Virus record (IMG/VR): IMGVR_UViG_3300031787_000001
Span: 124,001 to 188,000 of that record
DNA: 64,000 nt
Direction: 5' to 3' (one strand)
Shown: piece by piece, positions 1 to 10,429 of the stretch
How the letters are laid out: each line of letters begins with the position of its first letter
How positions within the stretch are numbered: the first letter of the stretch is position 1
Made by a program: the position numbers and the translations under genes
Notes under the pieces: generated by a model
What the model was told of the DNA's origin: nothing
What the model saw: only the letters and a program-made list of their open reading frames with translations
Database searches by the model: none

Positions 1-495
1 GTCTTTTACTCTACCATCTTTTAACATGTTAGGATGATAATATCCACCCTCAAGTTCTTGTACTACTTTTTGTACAATACCATCAAAATCTGTGGGTATA
101 TTTTTAAATTTTCCCGAACTAAGTTTTTGAGATCTTGATTTTATTCTCCAATCATCTTTCTCATTTATCTTCTCAATTTCTTCTTTAAGGTATTTTTTTA
201 TTATATTTTCTAATCTTAGCTCGTTCATTTTTTTTGAATTTTTTATTTTAATTGTACCTATTGATTTTGGAAAAAACTCAGTAGTATCCACGTCATCACC
301 ATATTTGTTAATTAAAAAAATACCAGTTTTTAATTCACCAATATCCTCTATCCTATAAATTTTATTTTCTTCAACATCAACACCTTCTTTTTGTGGGTAT
401 CCCACGTATTTTTCATCACCGTTTGAATATATTGGAATTTCATATCCTTTGTATGAAATTTTATCTATTTTTTTAAATTTTGGTTTAAAGAACAT
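1..495 (-). CDS. Partial ORF (runs off window), possible GH108-like lysozyme domain
   Basis: ATG at 495, open to position 1; ends ..QELEGGYYHPNMLKDGRVKD (EGGY motif). Confidence 0.5.
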   Translation of the reverse strand, partial: MFFKPKFKKIDKISYKGYEIPIYSNGDEKYVGYPQKEGVDVEENKIYRIEDIGELKTGIFLINKYGDDVDTTEFFPKSIGTIKIKNSKKMNELRLENIIKKYLKEEIEKINEKDDWRIKSRSQKLSSGKFKNIPTDFDGIVQKVVQELEGGYYHPNMLKDGRVKD

Positions 496-615
496 AATAA
501 TAAATATATAAAAAAATAGAACAAAAACAAAATAGGACAAGAGTAGCGAATTCTTGTCCTTGTCGCGGAATATAACCATCCCGGTCCTAATCCGAGTATC
601 TAAACTCGGTGTATC

Positions 616-945
616 TTACCTGTGTTTTATGAGTAACTCACCCAACACTTCTATTTTACCAACTAATTTTTGAAATTCAACTTGACCCAAACTCGGATCA
701 TCTGTTTTACATAATTTATCCAATAGTTCTTTATATTCTTTTTTGGATTTTTCAACATCAAATTTACCTTCAGATGCTTTCTTATAATAAGGTAATTTAA
801 CCACAAAATGATGATAAGTTAACATAGAAGAACCACCCTTTTCTTTTGCGGTATTCGCAATCTTTGTAGCACCTTTTAATCTTTTGCCAGAAAATTCCTC
901 AAACTGTTCTTCTTTGGATTCTTCTAATATCTCTAAAAATTTCAT
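616..945 (-). CDS. Hypothetical protein, MKFLEILEE leader
   Basis: ORF track; leader resembles those of 14068 and 61717 ORFs. Confidence 0.75.
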   Translation of the reverse strand: MKFLEILEESKEEQFEEFSGKRLKGATKIANTAKEKGGSSMLTYHHFVVKLPYYKKASEGKFDVEKSKKEYKELLDKLCKTDDPSLGQVEFQKLVGKIEVLGELLIKHR

Positions 946-946
946 A

Positions 947-1282
947 TTATTCTCTCCACATTGGATTTGCGATTATTAATTTATCACCTTCAACACGAGG
1001 AATCTCACCCATATCTTGATTATCGGCAAATTCTATTTGATCGGGATAAAATTTTTGACCATTAAAAACGGTATAATAAGTGTCTTCGTTGTCGTTAGAA
1101 TTGTCTTTACCCATATGACTATAACCTTGTGATCTTAATGCATCTTTAGCCGCATCCTGAGCTGTAGGTTTATTAAAAAATCTACCAAAACGACCGAAAA
1201 ACCCTTCACCTTCATTAATCAAATTATATTTTTTTCTTATTTCATTTTTTTCGGATTCTGTAATTGTAAAACGTTTTCCCAT
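947..1282 (-). CDS. Hypothetical protein, MGKRFTITESE leader
   Basis: Leader nearly identical to 8796..9320; TATTTAT upstream. Confidence 0.8.
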   Translation of the reverse strand: MGKRFTITESEKNEIRKKYNLINEGEGFFGRFGRFFNKPTAQDAAKDALRSQGYSHMGKDNSNDNEDTYYTVFNGQKFYPDQIEFADNQDMGEIPRVEGDKLIIANPMWRE

Positions 1283-1323
1283 TATATTTCTTTTTATATA
1301 AATATCTCTATTATATTTTTAAC

Positions 1324-2064
1324 TTACATCAAAGATTTTGCATGTCCTAAATCAATAACACCAAATTTTTGTGCTTGTTTTAAATAACCACCATTCACAA
1401 AATTATTTGGTGAATTTTTTATCATTCTCTTCCAACCATTATATTGAGTAGTGTAGTCCCATATTTTTTTTGTGTCACCCCATCCCTTTTTATATAACCA
1501 ACCACCAACATTACCACCAGTTCTATCAGCACCATGATGACAATGAATTAATGTATTTCCTTTATCCAACAATTCATTTACTTTATCTTGATCTTTTGTG
1601 GATGATAATTTATAAAATTTACACCCATTTTCTTCACAAACTCTTTTTTCTTCTTTTATGGATAATCCAGAACTATCTCCACCATCACCATTAAATCTTA
1701 CTACATTTTTTATTCCATATTTTAATATAACACCTTTTAGTGCATCTGCCGTAGGTTCTGCGGAACGATAATTGTTATCACCTAAAGGTATTTTATGGAA
1801 ATTTTTTATACTTTTATCGTTTATATCTTCCGAATCTGTCGAGAACGTAGGTCCAACGTATTCTTTACCATAAACCTCTTCATAGGCCTTTCTGGTCATT
1901 GGTCCCATAATACCATCAACACCATCTTTTTTAGGTCCATATTTACCGATATCTTTTTTATGGACATAAACTAATTCTTTTTGTATATCTTCTATACTTT
2001 TATCTTCAACATCGTCAGTTTCTAAAATTAATTTTAGTTGGCGTTCTGTAATTAAAATCTTCAT
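1324..2064 (-). CDS. Leader + peptidoglycan-binding motif + protein tyrosine/dual-specificity phosphatase
   Basis: DGVDGIMGPMT (PG_binding_1-like); IHCHHGADRTG = CX5R catalytic loop. Confidence 0.8.
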   Translation of the reverse strand: MKILITERQLKLILETDDVEDKSIEDIQKELVYVHKKDIGKYGPKKDGVDGIMGPMTRKAYEEVYGKEYVGPTFSTDSEDINDKSIKNFHKIPLGDNNYRSAEPTADALKGVILKYGIKNVVRFNGDGGDSSGLSIKEEKRVCEENGCKFYKLSSTKDQDKVNELLDKGNTLIHCHHGADRTGGNVGGWLYKKGWGDTKKIWDYTTQYNGWKRMIKNSPNNFVNGGYLKQAQKFGVIDLGHAKSLM

Positions 2065-2081
2065 AATATATATAAATATTA

Positions 2082-2603
2082 TTATAAATCTAAACCACCT
2101 TTATCTAATTTTTCAAAATTTTCTAAATCCCCAAAGTTTGGGTCTGATTTTATTTTTTCTTGTTTTGATAGTTTCATTTGATCCAATCTATGTGCATTCA
2201 TATGGTTTTTAACAATGTAATAAATAATTTCTGGATCTCCACCTTTTTCAACAATCCAATCAGAATATTTTTTTACTAATTCAGCAGACACATCTTCATG
2301 ACCATATGCAGTTGGAAAACCGGTTTTAGGGTTTATAGAATGAGTTTCATCCTTACCAATGTCATGAAACAATGCGGCTAAAATTATGTTCATGTTATTT
2401 GGGTAATTCTTAATTGCTCTTTTAACTACCATTATAACATGTTTTAACGTATTGCCTTCGGGATGATAATCAGGTCTTTGTGGTACTTTCCACAGACCAA
2501 AAAAACGATTTTTTATGTCGTCAGGTAACGAATAAATCAATTTTTTTGCATCAACATCACTTTTTATTTCTTCAAACTGTGATTCTGTTATTATAATTTT
2601 CAT
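2082..2603 (-). CDS. HD-domain phosphohydrolase resembling the C-terminal domain of multifunctional CCA enzymes
   Basis: VPQRPDYHPEG..KH, AALFHDIGK, GHE motifs. Confidence 0.8.
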   Translation of the reverse strand: MKIIITESQFEEIKSDVDAKKLIYSLPDDIKNRFFGLWKVPQRPDYHPEGNTLKHVIMVVKRAIKNYPNNMNIILAALFHDIGKDETHSINPKTGFPTAYGHEDVSAELVKKYSDWIVEKGGDPEIIYYIVKNHMNAHRLDQMKLSKQEKIKSDPNFGDLENFEKLDKGGLDL

Positions 2604-2611
2604 ACCAATAA

Positions 2612-3790
2612 TTATATTATTTTTTTGAAATTATCTAATTCAATTTTATTTATCATATCACCCACTTCTTTACCCGGTTTTAAATTCATTTTTTTCATAA
2701 CATCATCTCCACTAACGGTTAAATTAAAATTAACAAAGGCATTTAATAACTTTTTATCAATACCCTCTAAATTACCAAAAGTCATTATTTGATCGTCAGA
2801 TAAATTTGTGTTTTTTTGTATTCTTTTTAATTGAATTACATTATCTAATGACATATTTTTTAAATTAATTAAGAAAGTAATGTCCTTTATCTCATCAACA
2901 CTATATTTTAGATTATTCAATTTTTTTCCGATTGTAGATAGATCATTGTTTTTTAATAATCTTGATATAACTAAAATCGGATCTTTAATTTCTATAAAAT
3001 CTTTTGACACAGATAAACCTCTGAATATTGAATCAAATAAATTATACTTATCAATCAATTGTAAAAAATGTATTGTTGATTTAGATGATATAATTCCCTT
3101 TATAAATTCATCTCTAATCCTTTCTCCCGATATACCATCTATACTTGAATTTCTCTGTAATGATTGATCAACATTATTATCTAAATCTGAACCGAACCTA
3201 CCAGCAAATCTAATTGCTCTAAGTATTCTTAATCTATCTTCATTAAATCTATCGTCAGGGTTACCAACAGTTCTAACAATATCGTTTTTTAAATCCTCAA
3301 CACCGCCAACTAAATCAACAACTTCACCTGTGTCAATATCATAATAAAGAGCATTTATTGTGAAATCCCTTCTTTTCGCATCTGTTTCAATATCTGTAAA
3401 TTCAACTTTATCTGGTCTTCTTTTATCTGACTCTGAATAAGATTCAGATCTAAATGTTGCTATTTCATATTCATCGTTATCTGTAAAAACATTTATAACA
3501 CCGAACGCCTTTCCCGTCGGTAATGTTTTGTAACCTGAATTATTTAATATTGTTTCAACCTCATCGGGTGTTGCATCCGTGGTCAAATCATAATCTTTTG
3601 GTGTTTTACCCAATACCGCATCTCTAACCGCACCACCAACAACAAATAATTTATAGTTATTTTTTTTGAAAATATCTTTAATTTTAATAATGTCTTCAGG
3701 TATTGATATATTGAATTTTATTCTTTCTTCAACCAATAAATCTGAATACATTATTTTATTTAATTGTGATTCAGTTATAACAATTTTCAT
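2612..3790 (-). CDS. cca: Class II tRNA nucleotidyltransferase (CCA-adding enzyme)
   Basis: VGGAVRD, DYD, RRDFTINAL, EDRLRILRAIRF (EDxxR). Confidence 0.9.
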   Translation of the reverse strand: MKIVITESQLNKIMYSDLLVEERIKFNISIPEDIIKIKDIFKKNNYKLFVVGGAVRDAVLGKTPKDYDLTTDATPDEVETILNNSGYKTLPTGKAFGVINVFTDNDEYEIATFRSESYSESDKRRPDKVEFTDIETDAKRRDFTINALYYDIDTGEVVDLVGGVEDLKNDIVRTVGNPDDRFNEDRLRILRAIRFAGRFGSDLDNNVDQSLQRNSSIDGISGERIRDEFIKGIISSKSTIHFLQLIDKYNLFDSIFRGLSVSKDFIEIKDPILVISRLLKNNDLSTIGKKLNNLKYSVDEIKDITFLINLKNMSLDNVIQLKRIQKNTNLSDDQIMTFGNLEGIDKKLLNAFVNFNLTVSGDDVMKKMNLKPGKEVGDMINKIELDNFKKII

Positions 3791-3849
3791 AATATATAAA
3801 TATAAGAAACATTAACCCAACTATAAAATATTTATATAAAAAGGGGTTT

Positions 3850-4218
3850 ATGGAAAATTTATTACCCTTGACATGGTATATTGAATCTCCAATAGATTTT
3901 GAACATAAGGAATATGTTCTATATTCTTATCTACAAAAAGTCGACCACGATTTCCATAATAAAATGTTATCTCCACACCTTTTACATTTAGAAAAATTAA
4001 TAGATGAACTATTAAATTTTGATGCGTCTTTTAACATGATCAAAAAAGATTTTGACAAAAATAGATATGTCTTTTTTGAAAATGTGAAACTGGTGGGTGA
4101 AGACGACAAACTTATTTATGAAATAAGAAATATCGTGGAATTTGCAATCCCACAAGTAGAACCACGAATTAAATTGGGTTATTCAATCTTAAAAAGGAAC
4201 AATCAAATATTATATTAA
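3850..4218 (+). CDS. Hypothetical protein
   Basis: ORF; TATTTATA upstream. Confidence 0.7.
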   Translation: MENLLPLTWYIESPIDFEHKEYVLYSYLQKVDHDFHNKMLSPHLLHLEKLIDELLNFDASFNMIKKDFDKNRYVFFENVKLVGEDDKLIYEIRNIVEFAIPQVEPRIKLGYSILKRNNQILY

Positions 4219-4501
4219 AATAACCCTCTATTCCACTGTTTAGGTGGTATCATTTTACCCATCTCACCATACTGAAATAATAAACGATTAAAGAATTTAA
4301 TAATAGTTTTCATACCAATAAATAGAAAACTATTATTTGAAAAGTATGACAACTTTTGCTCTAAAATATGATGGCCAAACTTATTTTTTTATAAAGATTT
4401 TAATACTTTATTATTTTCTTTTATTCTTTTAGATGTCTTTAAAGTAGATTTTCTACTTTTCATCGGTTTTTGTTTTTTCTTTGCTCTTGCCATGATTTTA
4501 T

Positions 4502-5272
4502 CTATTTATTTAAATCAAAATCTTTTATAAATGAATCGTGTGATTTTTCATATGATTTTAACGTTTCATCTTTCTCATTACTTGTATATTGCCAATTCCA
4601 ATATAATTTATCATTTATTTTAAAACCGTAAAATTCATGAATTTTACGTTGTAAATCAATTACATTTGTTCCATTAAAATTTTGTCCTACACATATCATT
4701 CCACCCTCAATATTTTTTAACAAATTTGATTCACCTAAACTAGCGTGTCTATTTTCCAACCATGTTAATCTTTCAATTAAATTTTGATAAAACATATTTG
4801 CGGAACCCCATCTAACCGAACTTAAAAATATAACACAATCAGATTCAAATAATTCTTTACTTATTTTCCAAAGTTCATCTGATTTATTATTTATAGACGC
4901 CCAACATCTATGATGTCCCGATGGGTTTTTTTCATCATCTTTTAGAACAGATTTTTTAACACCACATGAATTACCATCAGATCTGGACACATTACCTTCA
5001 CATGGAAATATTTTTAATTCAGAAACATCTATAAGTTTTACATTATCCAATTCATCGGCCAAATATTCTGCAAGTATCTTTGATTTAGGTATGTCAATGT
5101 TACTTTTATCCCAATTGAATCTGTTCGAACAACTCAATAATAAAACCTTTTTCTTAGTTTTTAACACCTCCACCGTATCTTTTAGTTTATCTAATCCGTT
5201 TTTTCTGACGTTTTCTTCAGATAACATCATTTTACGAATTCGATTAATTTCCTCTTTTAAAATTTTTTCCAT
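4502..5272 (-). CDS. Flavodoxin-fold NAD(P)H-dependent FMN reductase / iron-sulfur flavoprotein-like protein
   Basis: IDVSELKIFPCEG..C..C, ESDCVIFLSSVRWG, LIERL motifs; EEINRIRKMM leader. Confidence 0.7.
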   Translation of the reverse strand: MEKILKEEINRIRKMMLSEENVRKNGLDKLKDTVEVLKTKKKVLLLSCSNRFNWDKSNIDIPKSKILAEYLADELDNVKLIDVSELKIFPCEGNVSRSDGNSCGVKKSVLKDDEKNPSGHHRCWASINNKSDELWKISKELFESDCVIFLSSVRWGSANMFYQNLIERLTWLENRHASLGESNLLKNIEGGMICVGQNFNGTNVIDLQRKIHEFYGFKINDKLYWNWQYTSNEKDETLKSYEKSHDSFIKDFDLNK

Positions 5273-5293
5273 ATAAATAAATATATCAAAATA

Positions 5294-5698
5294 ATGATAC
5301 TTATTGTTATGGTGTCTCTACTGTTGTTAGTTAAAAATAAAAAATTTTTATTGCTTAAAAGAAGTCCATCCGAGTACAAATATTCGGGATTTTGGGGATT
5401 ACCTGGTGGTTCTGTCGAAAAAAATGAAACCCCGACGGATGCTTTAATTAGAGAAATTGGAGAAGAACTTGGTATCAGTATCCCTAATTTTATATTATTG
5501 AATAAATACGATATGGGTAATAATTTAATAAATGTTTATGTTTATAATTCACCCGAATTTGATGAAAATAAAATTATATTAAATGATGAACACACCGAAT
5601 TTAAATTCTTCTCTTATTATGAAATTAATAATATGAAAGATATCATTCCAACAACAATCAATTTTGTAATTGATTATTTATCTAATCCAAACCTTTAA
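5294..5698 (+). CDS. NUDIX hydrolase
   Basis: Nudix box GGSVEKNETPTDALIREIGEELG. Confidence 0.9.
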   Translation: MILIVMVSLLLLVKNKKFLLLKRSPSEYKYSGFWGLPGGSVEKNETPTDALIREIGEELGISIPNFILLNKYDMGNNLINVYVYNSPEFDENKIILNDEHTEFKFFSYYEINNMKDIIPTTINFVIDYLSNPNL

Positions 5699-6092
5699 CT
5701 TCTTTATCGTACTTTTTAAATCTATTGGGATTTGACATCATTGCACTTTTTGGAAATAAACGTTTTTTACGTGTAAATGCAAAACTTCTACTACGTTCAT
5801 CGATTTCTTCTTCAGAATCCATCATCATTTCGTCCACCGCATTTGTAAATTTATAACACCTATCAGAAATTTTATTTTTATCGTGATCAAACATTGTAAC
5901 AATCACTTCATTGTATTTTACAATCATATCAGGGTGATGATTTTGTTCTTCCGCAATTTCACCTACTTTATTCACGAAATCTAACACATCTTTATAAGAA
6001 TCAAATTCAAATTTTTTACATAATTTACCTTTCACGACTTTCCAATCGGATTTAAGTTTATTCATTTGAGATTCTGTGATTATTATATTCAT
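5682..6092 (-). CDS. Pterin-4-alpha-carbinolamine dehydratase with leader and basic tail
   Basis: AEEQNHHPDM signature. Confidence 0.85.
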   Translation of the reverse strand: MNIIITESQMNKLKSDWKVVKGKLCKKFEFDSYKDVLDFVNKVGEIAEEQNHHPDMIVKYNEVIVTMFDHDKNKISDRCYKFTNAVDEMMMDSEEEIDERSRSFAFTRKKRLFPKSAMMSNPNRFKKYDKEVKGLD

Positions 6093-6122
6093 TCTTTGTT
6101 TTTTTCTATTTGATTTCTCCCC

Positions 6123-6620
6123 CTACGCTTGTATATCACTGTAACTAGATTTACTCGTTATAGTTATAAATGATTTTAATCCATCAACAATATTTCCCCA
6201 AGTTAACCCCCATTCACTATCTAATTCTTTAAATAAATCTTGTTTTTTTTGTTTACTGAATAATCTATCAACCGCACAAAATTCATTTTTGTTTTTTATT
6301 TGTTTTAGTACATTGACGGTATTTGTTGGTTTTGATAAACCTTGTATTTGATTATACAGATTATTAAATAATTGAATATTTCTATTATTATTTAAGTTAA
6401 GTTGATTGTCACCCATTCTTCTACATTCGGTAAACAAATTAAGAACATCTTTTTTATATTCAATATCACCTGTTGTACCATCATCAGAGCCAGGTACATT
6501 TAATCCGGTATTTGATGGGTCAGCTAAAACATCAGCAAGACCAAGTACAGGTTGTTCTTTTATTGTTAATGATTTAATCACTTTTTTTAATTGTGATTCT
6601 GTTATTATTATTTTTTTCAT
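6123..6620 (-). CDS. Leader + possible single annexin-like repeat
   Basis: LYNQIQGL..T..VL..I....F..V...F....DL..EL.SE pattern. Confidence 0.45.
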   Translation of the reverse strand: MKKIIITESQLKKVIKSLTIKEQPVLGLADVLADPSNTGLNVPGSDDGTTGDIEYKKDVLNLFTECRRMGDNQLNLNNNRNIQLFNNLYNQIQGLSKPTNTVNVLKQIKNKNEFCAVDRLFSKQKKQDLFKELDSEWGLTWGNIVDGLKSFITITSKSSYSDIQA

Positions 6621-6623
6621 ATA

Positions 6624-7271
6624 TTATCTCTTATAATAAGTGTCGTATACATCAGAAGTCAATCCGTAATCAATTAGGACTATTCTATTATTTCCAACTA
6701 ACCCATATGATGATAATCTACACAAATCACCCCAAGGTAATTCGTAATTAACCATAAAATCCATCATATTATAAACAAATTCATTTTCCCATATGTCATT
6801 ATAATTCTCTGGTTTTGATACAGTGAAACCAAAATCAACTGAAATACTATTACGATATTTTATTATGTGACAATAATTTTCAAATGTAACACCCACAATA
6901 TTTTTGAAAATTGACGGAGTCACTTTTTTGGCTAATTCCATTTCAACCCATAGGTTGTTTTCATCGTGATCAAATATTTTTGCAACAACATCATTCACAT
7001 AAGAATCATTACCAAAATCAATCTCAGTTTCATTTTGGGCAATACCCTTCTTGTTTTTGGCGAGCTTTAAGACCTTATTGTCATCGATTTTATACACTAT
7101 TCTACTACTACCCGAAGATAGTCTTTGGAGATGTTGATTACAATAATTAACTCTGGCAGAAAACGATGTTAATTTTTTAAATTCCTCAATACTCCAACTA
7201 GTTGGATAATCCTCATCCAAGTCTTTTTGTATTAGATTATTATATTGTGATTCAGTTATGATTATTTTCAT
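6624..7271 (-). CDS. Protein kinase-like fold protein
   Basis: SSGSSRIVY loop, VLK lysine, NETE, GDL, LIDYG. Confidence 0.7.
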   Translation of the reverse strand: MKIIITESQYNNLIQKDLDEDYPTSWSIEEFKKLTSFSARVNYCNQHLQRLSSGSSRIVYKIDDNKVLKLAKNKKGIAQNETEIDFGNDSYVNDVVAKIFDHDENNLWVEMELAKKVTPSIFKNIVGVTFENYCHIIKYRNSISVDFGFTVSKPENYNDIWENEFVYNMMDFMVNYELPWGDLCRLSSYGLVGNNRIVLIDYGLTSDVYDTYYKR

Positions 7272-7281
7272 ATTAAATTAA

Positions 7282-7869
7282 TTAAAAGTCCATACCACCC
7301 CATTCTTTAGCTCTTACATCATAATCATCTCTATCATCATAATCATCTGGTCCATCATAATCATCGTAATCTCTTTCAATTACACCTGATCCACCACAAG
7401 AACTACATCTTGATCCATCATACTGTCCTTCGCCAGTTCCATTACAATTAGAACACATATCATCACCATCTTCCTCATCATTATCGTCTTCGTCCTCATT
7501 TTTTTCATCATATAATTCAGGATTCGGAGCGAGCTCAACTTCACTTTCCATATATTCTTTCGGATATAAATCTATTCCTTCTGATTTCCAATCAATTAAA
7601 TAATATGTATCATTTGGATCATCATTTCCCAAATATTTAACCGTCAGATCGTATGAAGGTTGATCTTTTGCCGCCTCCAAATTTGGGAAAATATTCAAAA
7701 TCTTACCATAGTAACTTGGATCTTCCGATAACGATACGGGATTCATTACAATGTCTCCAACTTTAAAATTTTTATCACCAGATACATTATCTTCCTGAGA
7801 TTCATTTTCATTTAATCCCATCATTTTTTTTATACGGGAAACTTGTTCGTTTAAGTTTTGTTTTTTCAT
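7282..7869 (-). CDS. Acidic protein with DnaJ-type zinc-finger motifs
   Basis: CSNCNGTG and CSSCGGSG; EQVSRIKKMMGLNE leader. Confidence 0.75.
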   Translation of the reverse strand: MKKQNLNEQVSRIKKMMGLNENESQEDNVSGDKNFKVGDIVMNPVSLSEDPSYYGKILNIFPNLEAAKDQPSYDLTVKYLGNDDPNDTYYLIDWKSEGIDLYPKEYMESEVELAPNPELYDEKNEDEDDNDEEDGDDMCSNCNGTGEGQYDGSRCSSCGGSGVIERDYDDYDGPDDYDDRDDYDVRAKEWGGMDF

Positions 7870-7893
7870 CTTATTTGTTTTTAATAAATATTG

Positions 7894-8778
7894 TTAAGGA
7901 ATCATTATTATTGAGTAATCCCTCGTCCCTCCGTCAAATGTACCATCTTTGATTGATTTAGCACCAGGAAAATCATTTAATATTTTATCTCTTGATGGGA
8001 AGACACCTTTAGTTTTATCGTCTCTAACATTTAGTGCCAATCTTAAATAATTGATTTGTGTTTTACCTGGGCCTATTTTTAAAGAATAGTTATTTGTTTT
8101 AGTATCCAAAACAACTTGAACATTATTTAAATCAATTGAACTGCCTTTTGATTTTATTTGAATGTCTTTAATAAATTGACTTAAATCCGTACTTGTTATA
8201 TTAACACCACTATTTTGTTGTTGGTTTCCTTGTTGTGTTTGACCGCCACAATCACTTTGATAATCTCTGTGTTTCCATTGTATCCAATATTCTTCCAATC
8301 CTTCGGGTGTTTTTGTTAATTGACTAACATCCAATTCGTTATTTAATACTACATTTTCTTTTTTTCCTGATGGAATATAATTTAATATTTCACTTTTTCT
8401 TGCATTTAATTCAGGTGTATGATTCCAACCCCCAACATGGGCAAATCCCGTTCTTGCCTCACATTTATCAGAAACACCAACAAATGGAATAACAACAGTA
8501 TAGACAACATTTCCACTACCCATTCCTTTTGTTGTCATTTGTATACCTTTAAAGTCAACTTTGACATATGTTCCTGATCTATATAATTCTTTTAATTTTG
8601 CTGCAACGTATTGTGTGATCGTGTTAGAATACTTATGTGCAACATCACCCGTATTATCAAACTCAGGTCCAACGTATTTTCCCGAACAACCACCCGCACT
8701 ACATACAGGTGTTTCTGCTTGTTCAATCAATAGACCCATCATCTGTTTTATTCTATATGTTTGTTCTTGTAGGTTCAT
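7894..8778 (-). CDS. Hypothetical protein, MNLQEQ..RIKQMMGL leader
   Basis: ORF track. Confidence 0.8.
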   Translation of the reverse strand: MNLQEQTYRIKQMMGLLIEQAETPVCSAGGCSGKYVGPEFDNTGDVAHKYSNTITQYVAAKLKELYRSGTYVKVDFKGIQMTTKGMGSGNVVYTVVIPFVGVSDKCEARTGFAHVGGWNHTPELNARKSEILNYIPSGKKENVVLNNELDVSQLTKTPEGLEEYWIQWKHRDYQSDCGGQTQQGNQQQNSGVNITSTDLSQFIKDIQIKSKGSSIDLNNVQVVLDTKTNNYSLKIGPGKTQINYLRLALNVRDDKTKGVFPSRDKILNDFPGAKSIKDGTFDGGTRDYSIIMIP

Positions 8779-8795
8779 TTTTAACTATATGAAAA

Positions 8796-9320
8796 TTACA
8801 TTTCAAGATCTTTCATATTCATTTTTTTATCAAATGATGTTTGATTTGTTGGGTTACTATCAATTGCAAATAATTCTTCAAAAAATCTTTTTCCTGGTTT
8901 AGCGATATTACCTAAATCTATAACACCGAGAGATGATTTAAAATTTTTTAAATTTGGTATCTCATCTTTTCTAGTTGAAAAAATATTTTTTATTAATGGA
9001 TGATCCACTCTATATGATGCAAAATATGCATTATTGATTGATTTCAATAATTCTAATGGTTCATGTTGTGGACTGAAAGTTATTGTGTAATCTATATTAC
9101 CATTGTTTTTAACAATGTTAATTGTATACATTGCTCCGTTATATGTTACTTGTAACTTATCTGGTGATACACTAACTTTTCCACCCCATTCTTTAATCGA
9201 TTCTAAAAATGAATCCCAGTATCTCGGAGCATTTGTGGTGGATTCCTCTTCTTTAACTAAATTGTACTGTTTTCTGATTTCATTTCTTTCAGATTCAGTA
9301 ATTGTAAAACGTTGTCCCAT
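8796..9320 (-). CDS. Hypothetical protein, MGQRFTITESE leader
   Basis: ORF track. Confidence 0.8.
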   Translation of the reverse strand: MGQRFTITESERNEIRKQYNLVKEEESTTNAPRYWDSFLESIKEWGGKVSVSPDKLQVTYNGAMYTINIVKNNGNIDYTITFSPQHEPLELLKSINNAYFASYRVDHPLIKNIFSTRKDEIPNLKNFKSSLGVIDLGNIAKPGKRFFEELFAIDSNPTNQTSFDKKMNMKDLEM

Positions 9321-9362
9321 AATATTTTGTTTTTAATATAAATATCTTAAAAAAATGAAATA

Positions 9363-9389
9363 AAAAAAACCTCCCGGTTCCGGAGGTTT
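9363..9389 (-). terminator. Intrinsic terminator; related copies at ~10447-10471 and ~12286-12312
   Basis: A-run + CCTCCCGG..GGAGG hairpin. Confidence 0.7.
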
Positions 9390-9421
9390 AAAAAATAAAA
9401 TCGATTAATAATATTAATTTT

Positions 9422-9694
9422 TTAAGAATTTTCAACTTCGATCTCGGTATCTGTTCCCAAATCTTTTTCTCTGGTGATATCCATTTCCATAAGTTCATCA
9501 TACAAACTATCTGCCCAACTTTCGGATCCGGGTAATGGTTTCATATCTGAAATGTTTTCCTTAATATATTCAGATATTTCTTCATCATCCTTACCCGATA
9601 ATTCAGGATAATTGTCGGTATCAATTTCTACAGAGTCACGAACAACCATTGTTCGTTGATATTCGATTAGTCTTACATTAATTTTCTTTCCCAT
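9422..9694 (-). CDS. Acidic hypothetical protein (no leader)
   Basis: ORF with own terminator. Confidence 0.7.
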   Translation of the reverse strand: MGKKINVRLIEYQRTMVVRDSVEIDTDNYPELSGKDDEEISEYIKENISDMKPLPGSESWADSLYDELMEMDITREKDLGTDTEIEVENS

Positions 9695-9742
9695 AAAATG
9701 TTTTTTGTAAAATATACAAAAAATAATTTAAATAATAAAATT

Positions 9743-10429
9743 TTACAGTTTTGGTATGTTTTGTGGTTTTTTAACAAACGTTGATGATGAGGTATTTTGT
9801 GGTTTATCTAAAACATCATTTTTAACAAGTACTTTATTTTGTTTATTTAACGCTTCTTTATTAACATCGTCGTTAATTAAATTCAATAAAGATTTTAAGT
9901 GATCTCCCTTTGTTAAAAAGGTCATAAATTTATTAAAGTTTTCACGATCATCTTTATTGACAAAATTATCACTGGCCCATTTTAAAAACCCCGATTTTCC
10001 TTGTGAAGTTAAAACGGTAATACCTGATTTATGTATTTTACTTAAAACATTTGCAATATTGGGTTTGATACCCAAAAAATTCATTGCTCTTACCGTTCTT
10101 CCTAATGAAAGTGGACTTGTTAGTAAACCAATTATTCCTTCAGTGTATTTTCCTCTTTTTAAATCTCTATATGCCATCATTGATCCATAACCTGCCGCCA
10201 GAAAACTACCGGCCAAAGGAATTTTCCAAAGTCCAAATTGTACAATTGTATCGATAATTAATGGAAATTCATCTCTTATATCGGCCAAGGCGCCTATGGG
10301 ATCATGTGATCTACCGCCAAACATTGCCGGACCACCTAACATTATATTTTGTTCACCAATAATTGATTTAACATTACCTCTTTCGGACTCCAAAAGATAA
10401 TAAAATCTATTTTTATATTGATCGTTCAT
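9743..10429 (-). CDS. Hypothetical protein with hydrophobic segments
   Basis: ORF; TATTTATA upstream. Confidence 0.75.
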   Translation of the reverse strand: MNDQYKNRFYYLLESERGNVKSIIGEQNIMLGGPAMFGGRSHDPIGALADIRDEFPLIIDTIVQFGLWKIPLAGSFLAAGYGSMMAYRDLKRGKYTEGIIGLLTSPLSLGRTVRAMNFLGIKPNIANVLSKIHKSGITVLTSQGKSGFLKWASDNFVNKDDRENFNKFMTFLTKGDHLKSLLNLINDDVNKEALNKQNKVLVKNDVLDKPQNTSSSTFVKKPQNIPKL

